From: Pirellula staleyi DSM 6068
GTDB taxonomy: Bacteria; Planctomycetota; Planctomycetia; Pirellulales; Pirellulaceae
Assembly (NCBI GenBank): GCA_000025185.1
Contig: CP001848.1
Location: 5,730,001-5,762,000, forward strand
Direction: 5' to 3'
Length of the DNA: 32,000 bases
In this document: positions 25,871 through 32,000 of the stretch, piece after piece
How positions within the stretch are numbered: position 1 is the first letter of the stretch
Layout of the letters: the number at the start of each line of letters is the position of its first letter
Made by a program: the position numbers and the translations under genes
The notes under the pieces: generated by a model
The model's database searches: none
What the model was told of the DNA's origin: nothing
What the model saw: only the letters and a program-made list of their open reading frames with translations

Positions 25871-28768
25871 ATGACATCAAAACGTGGGGATAATCCGGTG
25901 ATGCCATACAAAGCAGCGTCGCAATCGCCACGCGAGGAAGATCGCTCTCCTAGCAAAGCGCAACCGCCCCGCCAGTTGTTACAGGCAATCGTGCTGACGA
26001 TTTTGCCGGTTCTGCTGATCTTCGGACCTCTGCTGCTGGTCGACCGAAGTTTTGCCACGCGTGATGCTGCGCACTTCTACCACCCCCTCTTTCAGTGGAC
26101 AGACGCCGAGTGGGAAGCGGGACGCATTCCGCTGTGGAATTCGTACGAAAACAGCGGCATTCCGACGGTGGCGGATGCCACGTCGAGCATCTTTTATCCC
26201 GGCAAACTGCTGATGGCGTTGCCGATCGATTTCGCGCTCGAGTACAAGCTCTACGTGGTCGCGCATCTGCTGCTCGCCGGACTCTCGACCTATTACCTCG
26301 CGCGTCACTGGCGCGCTTCTCCCGCAGCGGCAGCGCTCGCTGGCATTGCTTTCAGTGCGGGTGGCAACGTGCTGTTTCAGTATGCGAATGTCGTTTTTTT
26401 AGTCGGCGCGAGCTGGTTGCCGCTGGGACTCTTGGCGCTCGAAGGAACCATTTGCGAGCGTTCGATTCGCAAGACCGTGCTGCTGGCGATCGTGCTGGCC
26501 ATGATGGTGCTGGGTGGCGATCCGCAAGCAGCCTATCACCTGATGCTGCTGGGCGCGCTGCTCGCCGCGCTTTGGTGCTGGAAACTCGTCTGGAGCCCAT
26601 CGCGCGAACCAACAGCGCCCGCTCCAGCGACAGCCGACCCCGCGTCGTCAAGCGCCAAGCGCTGGCCCGTGGTGCTCACGAGTGCCTCGCTGTTTGCAGC
26701 GGCGATTCTTGTGGCGGGAGCGACTGCAGCGATTCAGATTCTGCCGTCGTCGGCGATCACCAAGATCAGCGAACGTGCGGCCTATAATCGTCCCCGGAAT
26801 GTGATGGAGATGACGCAGGTTCTGCTCCACTCCCCTGCTCCGACCATCGAGCAACTCGCAAAAAGCGACTACGAGTCTCCCTGGCAGCGCACGATGCGAG
26901 GACTGCTTGGTAAGCCCGACACCAACGCGCACCACGCGATTGTGTATGACTTCAGCATTCCACCATGGCGACTGATCGAGTTCGTTTGGCCGAACATCAG
27001 CGGCAAGCCGTTTCCCACCAACGCGCGCTGGAGCACCTACAAACTACGTGAGGGGCGCATCTGGACGCCGTCGATGTACCTTGGATTCATCCCGTTTGTG
27101 CTCGGAATCGCGGCCGTTTCGATCCGCTCGCGCGATCTGCGTTGGCGCTGGCTGTCGTGGATGGTGGTCTGGTTTGGAGTCGGCAGCTTTGGTCTCTATG
27201 GCCTGGGGAGTCTGCTGCAAGCGATCGATGAGCAGCTGCTTGGTGGCGATGGAAATCGACTCGGCATAGGCGATCCCGTCGGTGGAATCTACTGGCTGAT
27301 GGTCACGTTTTTGCCGACCTACATCTATTTTCGTTATCCCGCCAAACTGATGGTGGTGGCAGTTCTCGCCCTTTCGCTACTCGCAGGAATCTCGGCCGAC
27401 CAGTGGCTCGCTCAGCCGCACCCTCGATTGCGACGCGTACTACAGGGCCTCGCGATCGTCAGTTTTTTAATCGCTTGCGCTGCGCTCTTGATGGGTCATG
27501 CGATGCTCTCGACGATCACGCACCACGACTCATCGACCGGGCCGTTCGATGCTGCCAGTTGCCGCACTACGATTGTTCTCTCTGCCATTCAAACAGGCAT
27601 GATTGCGATCACACTCGCCGCACTTTTGGGAGAGCGCTGCACGGTCGCAGCACGCTGGCGCGCTCCGCTTGTGGCGGTGATTACTGTGGTCGACATCACG
27701 CTGGCCAACAGCTGGCTGCTACAAACCGCTGATGCGGAAATCTGGCGAAAAGTTCCCGCGACCGCGGTGGCGCTACATGCCGATCGCGCGACGAGTCCCC
27801 TCACCCCTGCTCTCGAACTTGCGCCGCGCGTTTATCGTGGCCGCTTTGCTGGTTGGCGTCCCACTAGCTTCAGCAGCATGGCATCGCTGGCTCGCTCTGC
27901 TGAAACAACCGCCTGGGAATCCGATACGCTCTTTCCCAAGTTCATGTTTCGCGGCAACGTTTCGCTCTGCGAATCGTATGGCAGTATCAAACTGCTCGAC
28001 TACCAATCGCTAATGCTGATCGGACTAAAATACGGTCCACGACAATCGGATAAATTCACCATATTGCATCCGGCGCTCCTGCGTTTGCAGGGATGCGAGT
28101 ACCTGGTGCTCCCCGATCACTACGACGCCAGTTCTTTCGCGACAAAACTCACTCCCACGACAGAGCTTCCCGAGTCAACCTCGCTCTGGCGTATGCAGAG
28201 AACAATTCCGCGCGCTTGGGTGGTGCATCGCGTCGCGGTCCTTCCGCCGCTAGTGAATCCGCAAGACCTAACCGCTGTTGACGAACGCTCGCGCGAGGTG
28301 CTGTTTCACGAGAATCGAGCGCGCGATTTTCGCCGCCAAGCGACCGTCGAAACCGATCGCCCCTTGCCGTTTCCTGAACTGGCAAGCAGAGTTGGTGTCG
28401 CTGCCGATGCGACAAGTCTGCCTCCCATGAGCGCAGCGCAGATCCGCAAATACGATCCGCAAGTAATCGAGATCGAGACGACACTTCAGCAGCCAGGTCT
28501 GCTGGTGCTGAGCGATCTCTATCTCAGCGACTGGGTGGCTGAAGTTACCTCCGACGATGGCGCCACCACGCCGATCGAAATTTGGCCGGTGAACCGAGTG
28601 CAACGCGGCATTTTTTTGCCAGCGGGAACGCATCACGTTCGGATGCGATTTGCTTCGGAAAGTTTGACGCGCGGCGCACAATGGTCGCTGGCAAGTTGCG
28701 TGCTGCTGCTCGCAATTTTCGCGGGAACCTGGTTCATCCCACGCGAAGGTCGATGGCTTAGCCGCTGA
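25871..28768 (+). CDS. YfhO-family polytopic membrane protein (putative GT-C-type glycosyltransferase)
   Basis: A 965-aa protein. The N-terminal signature is RDAAHFYHPLFQWTDAEWEAGRIPLWNSYENSGIPTVADATSSIFYPGKLL. It has more than 10 TM helices, then a ~330-aa soluble region and a final TM (WSLASCVLLLAIFAGTWFI), the typical YfhO layout. Confidence 0.75.
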   Translation: MTSKRGDNPVMPYKAASQSPREEDRSPSKAQPPRQLLQAIVLTILPVLLIFGPLLLVDRSFATRDAAHFYHPLFQWTDAEWEAGRIPLWNSYENSGIPTVADATSSIFYPGKLLMALPIDFALEYKLYVVAHLLLAGLSTYYLARHWRASPAAAALAGIAFSAGGNVLFQYANVVFLVGASWLPLGLLALEGTICERSIRKTVLLAIVLAMMVLGGDPQAAYHLMLLGALLAALWCWKLVWSPSREPTAPAPATADPASSSAKRWPVVLTSASLFAAAILVAGATAAIQILPSSAITKISERAAYNRPRNVMEMTQVLLHSPAPTIEQLAKSDYESPWQRTMRGLLGKPDTNAHHAIVYDFSIPPWRLIEFVWPNISGKPFPTNARWSTYKLREGRIWTPSMYLGFIPFVLGIAAVSIRSRDLRWRWLSWMVVWFGVGSFGLYGLGSLLQAIDEQLLGGDGNRLGIGDPVGGIYWLMVTFLPTYIYFRYPAKLMVVAVLALSLLAGISADQWLAQPHPRLRRVLQGLAIVSFLIACAALLMGHAMLSTITHHDSSTGPFDAASCRTTIVLSAIQTGMIAITLAALLGERCTVAARWRAPLVAVITVVDITLANSWLLQTADAEIWRKVPATAVALHADRATSPLTPALELAPRVYRGRFAGWRPTSFSSMASLARSAETTAWESDTLFPKFMFRGNVSLCESYGSIKLLDYQSLMLIGLKYGPRQSDKFTILHPALLRLQGCEYLVLPDHYDASSFATKLTPTTELPESTSLWRMQRTIPRAWVVHRVAVLPPLVNPQDLTAVDERSREVLFHENRARDFRRQATVETDRPLPFPELASRVGVAADATSLPPMSAAQIRKYDPQVIEIETTLQQPGLLVLSDLYLSDWVAEVTSDDGATTPIEIWPVNRVQRGIFLPAGTHHVRMRFASESLTRGAQWSLASCVLLLAIFAGTWFIPREGRWLSR

Positions 28769-28803
28769 GGATCGAGCGCGCCATGTTATGCAAAGAGGGG
28801 TGG

Positions 28804-28826
28804 CACTGTTGGCTTGCCCAGCAGTG
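28804..28826. terminator. hairpin between convergent genes (possible bidirectional terminator)
   Basis: CACTGTTGG (28804-28812) pairs with CCAGCAGTG (28818-28826), giving 9 bp including one G-U. The loop is cttgc. It lies 36 nt after the YfhO-like stop and 96 nt after the cysE stop. There is no strong U-tract. Confidence 0.35.
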
Positions 28827-28921
28827 TGAAATGCTAAGTGGCCATAACTGTGCTGAGCTAGGCCGAGCCCAGGCATCCACGAAACCCGACATTGATCGCT
28901 AGACGGAGCACTCGATGTGCG

Positions 28922-29881
28922 CTAGATCTGGTAGTTCAGCTCAGGCTTCAGCTCGTCGGGAATTTCGGCCCGAATACGAAGCTTAGGCTTCTCCATCGTC
29001 ACGGTTGTATGCGGGACCACGCTATGCGTGAGCCAAACACTCGAGCCAATCACCGAGTGATGCCCTACCACTGTTTTGCCACCCAGGATGGTCGCGTTGG
29101 CATAGATCACCACGTAGTCTTCAATCGTGGGATGACGCTTGTGACCACGCACGAGGTTGCCATCGCCATCGGTTGCAAAACTGAGTGCGCCGAGCGTGAC
29201 ACCTTGATAGATCTTCACATGGTGACCAATCTCGCACGTCTCGCCGATCACGACACCGGTGCCGTGGTCGATGAAGAACGATTCGCCAATCGTGGCACCA
29301 GGATGAATGTCGATGCCCGTTTGCTTGTGCGCCCATTCACTCATCATGCGCGGAATGAAGGGAACTCCGAGTCGACGAAGTTCGTGCGCGATGCGGTGCG
29401 AGGTAATCGCTTCGAGACCGGGATAGCAAAACACCACTTCGTCGATGCTGCGGCAAGCTGGATCGCCATCGAACGCCGCCCGGGCATCAGTAGCGAGAAT
29501 CGTACGTAGTTCCGGAATGCGATGCAGGAAAGCGATCGCCATCGCTTGTCCTTTCGCTTCGTAGTCGCAATCTTCCGACTTACGACCAGTCACCCGGTCA
29601 TCTTGACGCAGGGCGCGAGCAATTTGCGTGGTGAGCTTATCGTGCAGTCCATCGATCAGGTCTCCCACGTGGTAGGTGACGTTGCCGATGTGCAAACCTT
29701 CGCGACGACGATAGCCTGGAAACAAAATGTCTTTCAGGTCGTCGATGCAGCTGATGATCACATCGTAGTTCGGGAGCGCGCAATGTCCCAAATGATGGAT
29801 CGCGCCCACCTTGGTGTAGGTGGCAACAATCTGATCGGTAAGCTCGGGGAGCTGTTCTTTGAGCCGAAAATCGGATGCCAT
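28922..29881 (-). CDS. cysE: serine O-acetyltransferase (long form)
   Basis: It has the hexapeptide-repeat C-terminus [44 protein letters not shown]...[20 protein letters not shown] and the SATase N-terminal domain ...[29 protein letters not shown]... Confidence 0.92.
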   Translation of the reverse strand: MASDFRLKEQLPELTDQIVATYTKVGAIHHLGHCALPNYDVIISCIDDLKDILFPGYRRREGLHIGNVTYHVGDLIDGLHDKLTTQIARALRQDDRVTGRKSEDCDYEAKGQAMAIAFLHRIPELRTILATDARAAFDGDPACRSIDEVVFCYPGLEAITSHRIAHELRRLGVPFIPRMMSEWAHKQTGIDIHPGATIGESFFIDHGTGVVIGETCEIGHHVKIYQGVTLGALSFATDGDGNLVRGHKRHPTIEDYVVIYANATILGGKTVVGHHSVIGSSVWLTHSVVPHTTVTMEKPKLRIRAEIPDELKPELNYQI

Positions 29882-30327
29882 GGCATGGTCCCTATCGCGC
29901 GACGATTTCGATGCGTGTGAGGCCCAGCGGACCGGTGGAAGGTCGCGAGCCTAATGGAAGATTCACCTGGAGCGAGGCCGGGCGGCCTGAGACAACAAGT
30001 CTTGTGGCAGCGTGCGAAGTCGATGCTTCGCGAGTCCTCAAGACGTACGACGAGCCGGTGCACTGCTAGCGAGTTTGCACCCAACAGCGGTCGAGCGAAC
30101 TTCCGAGGTGAAACGTGGGTCGATCCATAAGGAGAGCCTGCCGCAGCGACACGGATGGTCGACTGGCGGGCAAAATGGGTGAAATAGGCCGGGAAATCGT
30201 AGGTAGGGAGTCCCGAGAATTCAAGCCATCCGGCTAACTTCTTCGGCCCGGCGGAGTCCCGAAGTTGAGAGGAACTCCGCAAGGTAGCAAGGACGCTTGC
30301 TAGCAGAAGTCGACTAGCAGCCAGCGT

Positions 30328-31038
30328 TTAACGAGCTGCTTCGAGGCAGCCCTGCAGTGTGACGGTCCCTTCGTAGAGTGCTCGACCGACAATCGTGCCA
30401 TCGAGCCCGGCGGCTGCTAGCTGACGGATATCGTCGACGGTGGTCACTCCGCCCGATGCAATCACGGGGGTGGTGATCGCCCGTTTCATATCGGTCATGG
30501 CGGGGAGATTCACACCTTGCAGCATGCCATCGCGCGCGATGTCGGTATAGATCACCGCCGCGATCGGTTCCGCCTGAAAATCACGCGCAAGATCGATCGC
30601 GGAGACACCACTAGTTTCGAGCCAACCATCGGTTGCCACCAGTCCATTGCGGGCGTCGATACCAGCGGCCAGTTGGTGCGGATATTTGCGGCACATCTCG
30701 CGGAACCAGGCAGGATCTTTGATCGCCTTGGTTCCCACGATCAAGCGATAGACGCCGATGGCGAGCATGCGTTCGATGGAGTGCTCGTCGCGAATACCAC
30801 CACCCAATTGGCAAGGGACCTTCGTGGCTTCGACAATCGACTTCACCGCTGCGAGATTCGCGTTGCTGCCATCACGCGCACCATCGAGATCGACCAGATG
30901 CAAACAGGTGGCCCCTTCAGAAACCCACTTCTGGGCCATTTCGACAGGCTCGCCATAAATGGTCTCTTGCTGATAGTCGCCTTGGCGCAGTCGCACGCAC
31001 TTACCACCACGCAAATCAATCGCAGGCCAGATTTCCAT
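30328..31038 (-). CDS. hisA: 1-(5-phosphoribosyl)-5-[(5-phosphoribosylamino)methylideneamino]imidazole-4-carboxamide isomerase
   Basis: The sequence reads MEIWPAIDLRGGKCVRLRQGDY...LHLVDLDGA...QLGGGIR...IVGTKA...GWLE...IYTDIARDGMLQGVN...ASGGV...GTIVGRALYEG. These are classic HisA TIM-barrel motifs. Confidence 0.95.
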   Translation of the reverse strand: MEIWPAIDLRGGKCVRLRQGDYQQETIYGEPVEMAQKWVSEGATCLHLVDLDGARDGSNANLAAVKSIVEATKVPCQLGGGIRDEHSIERMLAIGVYRLIVGTKAIKDPAWFREMCRKYPHQLAAGIDARNGLVATDGWLETSGVSAIDLARDFQAEPIAAVIYTDIARDGMLQGVNLPAMTDMKRAITTPVIASGGVTTVDDIRQLAAAGLDGTIVGRALYEGTVTLQGCLEAAR

Positions 31039-31134
31039 AGCAAATCAAAGTCTTCAGTGTGTCGAGCTGGTAAGTAAAGAGGTTAATCGATCTCGGCGCG
31101 AGGATCGCTTAACACGAACGATGCGAAGCGTGCG

Positions 31135-31767
31135 CTAGGCTGAGCCTTGCAGCACTGGAATCTCGGCGAAATTCTGAAGCAACTTCAGCCCCGTTGCCTG
31201 ACTCTTTTCGGGGTGGAACTGCGTCGCGAAGAGTTGCCCCTTGGCGATCATGGCGCAGAACGGATGCCCATAGTCAGCCTGGACCGCGATGACATTAGCA
31301 TCGGTCGGCACAACGTAGTAGGAGTGGACGTAGTAGAAGTAGCTGTTGTCGGCGATGTCGCTCAGCAGCGCGTTGGGGCGAACAATATGCGATCGATTCC
31401 ATCCCATGTGCGGCACTTTGAACTCGGCTGGCAAATGGAACCGGACACATTTGCCAGCGAGAATGCCGAGCCCTTCGAACTCCCCACCTTCGTAGCCCAC
31501 GTCGAACAGCATTTGCAATCCCAGGCAGATGCCGAGCATCGGAGTGCCACGAGCCACGATATCGCGAATGACCGAAACAAGATCGCGGCGGCGAAGTTCG
31601 GTAATCGCATCGCCAAATGCACCGACGCCCGGAAGCACCACGCGCGAAGCTTGTGCGATCTCAGCGGGATCGCTCGTCACCACCGCATGATGGCCGACGC
31701 GCTCGAACCCCTTTTGCACGCTGCGGAGGTTTCCCATCTGGTAGTCGATGATTGCGATTTCGGCCAT
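31135..31767 (-). CDS. hisH: imidazole glycerol phosphate synthase, glutamine amidotransferase subunit
   Basis: The sequence reads IAIIDYQMGNLRSVQKGFERVG...LPGVGAFGDA...GICLGLQMLF (catalytic Cys)...VPHMGWN...YYVHSY...ATQFHPEKS (His/Glu). Confidence 0.95.
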   Translation of the reverse strand: MAEIAIIDYQMGNLRSVQKGFERVGHHAVVTSDPAEIAQASRVVLPGVGAFGDAITELRRRDLVSVIRDIVARGTPMLGICLGLQMLFDVGYEGGEFEGLGILAGKCVRFHLPAEFKVPHMGWNRSHIVRPNALLSDIADNSYFYYVHSYYVVPTDANVIAVQADYGHPFCAMIAKGQLFATQFHPEKSQATGLKLLQNFAEIPVLQGSA

Positions 31768-31864
31768 GGAGCAGTCTTTGCGGGTGGAGCGGCTGTCGAG
31801 ATGGTCGTCAGCTGTGTGTCGTTGAGCGGAAGTTCAAGCTGATGATTATAACTAGAAACTCCTG

Positions 31865-31895
31865 CGGCGTGAGGCGTCGAAATCACGCCGTTTTA
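31865..31895 (+). terminator. terminator-like hairpin plus U-run, reading on the plus strand
   Basis: CGGCGTGA (31865-31872) pairs with TCACGCCG (31883-31890), an 8-bp stem with a 10-nt loop. It is followed by TTTTA. A second GC hairpin, GCCCCGG/CCGGGGC, lies at 31899-31921. No convincing plus-strand gene lies upstream, so its function is unclear. Confidence 0.3.
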
Positions 31896-32000
31896 GCAGC
31901 CCCGGGCGTTTTGGCCGGGGCCATGGACTGGACAATCAGAGCCGCTGAAAGTTCGCGCGAAAGGCAGCTTACTTTAGCGAGGAAGTGAGCCGCACTATTT

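Noticed and set aside
29882-30327. RNase P RNA, tmRNA or cobalamin riboswitch in the hisA-cysE spacer
   Set aside because: There are superficial resemblances only. GAGGCCGGGC...CCGGCUAAC could mimic a P4 pairing, but the universally conserved GGAAAGUCC is absent and the GGGUGAAA element is in the wrong place. No tRNA-like 3-prime end (GGUUCGAnUCC...CCACCA) or Ala-ending tag ORF supports tmRNA. GGAGAGCCTGCC (30131-30142) resembles a B12 box but has an insertion, lies on the strand with no downstream gene, and lacks the other conserved cobalamin elements.
28892-31842. Plus-strand ORFs 28892-29509, 29522-29920, 30517-31077 and 31147-31842
   Set aside because: Each is antisense to cysE, hisA or hisH, whose minus-strand translations carry textbook motifs. 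They are shadow ORFs.

Overview
Mostly housekeeping chromosomal DNA from a moderately GC-rich bacterium. I infer Planctomycetota, Pirellulales-like, from a secreted protein with two 'planctomycete cytochrome c' CxxCH modules, a Rho_N+DUF4912 protein, a membrane Ser/Thr kinase, an FHA protein and TCG/GCC/CTC-biased codon use. The core is a complete F1Fo ATP synthase operon at 11.3-21.1 kb, ordered atpZ-like, atpI-like, atpB, atpE, atpF, atpH, atpA, DUF4870 gene, atpG, atpD, atpC. Flanking genes are a partial DUF2064 gene, a glutaredoxin-like gene, the kinase, an orphan HExxH protein, the di-CxxCH secreted protein, a Zn-ribbon miniprotein, larE-like, Rho_N/DUF4912, FHA, two tandem paralogous SPFH/band-7 membrane proteins, a YfhO-family membrane protein, cysE, hisA and hisH. 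I found no rRNA, tRNA, CRISPR array, transposase, integrase or recognisable defence system. The most unusual content is the ATP synthase membrane sector. Subunit a is about twice normal length, with a ~230-aa N-terminal extension and a 56-residue loop containing 20 His. Subunit b carries a signal-peptide-like, acidic, His-rich N-terminal extension. Subunit c has a signal-peptide-like leader. A DUF4870 membrane protein gene sits between atpA and atpG. Three long spacers have no convincing genes: 3406-4789 (palindrome-dense), 10415-11264, and 29882-30327 (hairpin-rich, upstream of cysE). They are candidate regulatory or ncRNA loci that I could not assign to any known family by eye. All homology calls come from motif recognition in the translations, not from database searches.
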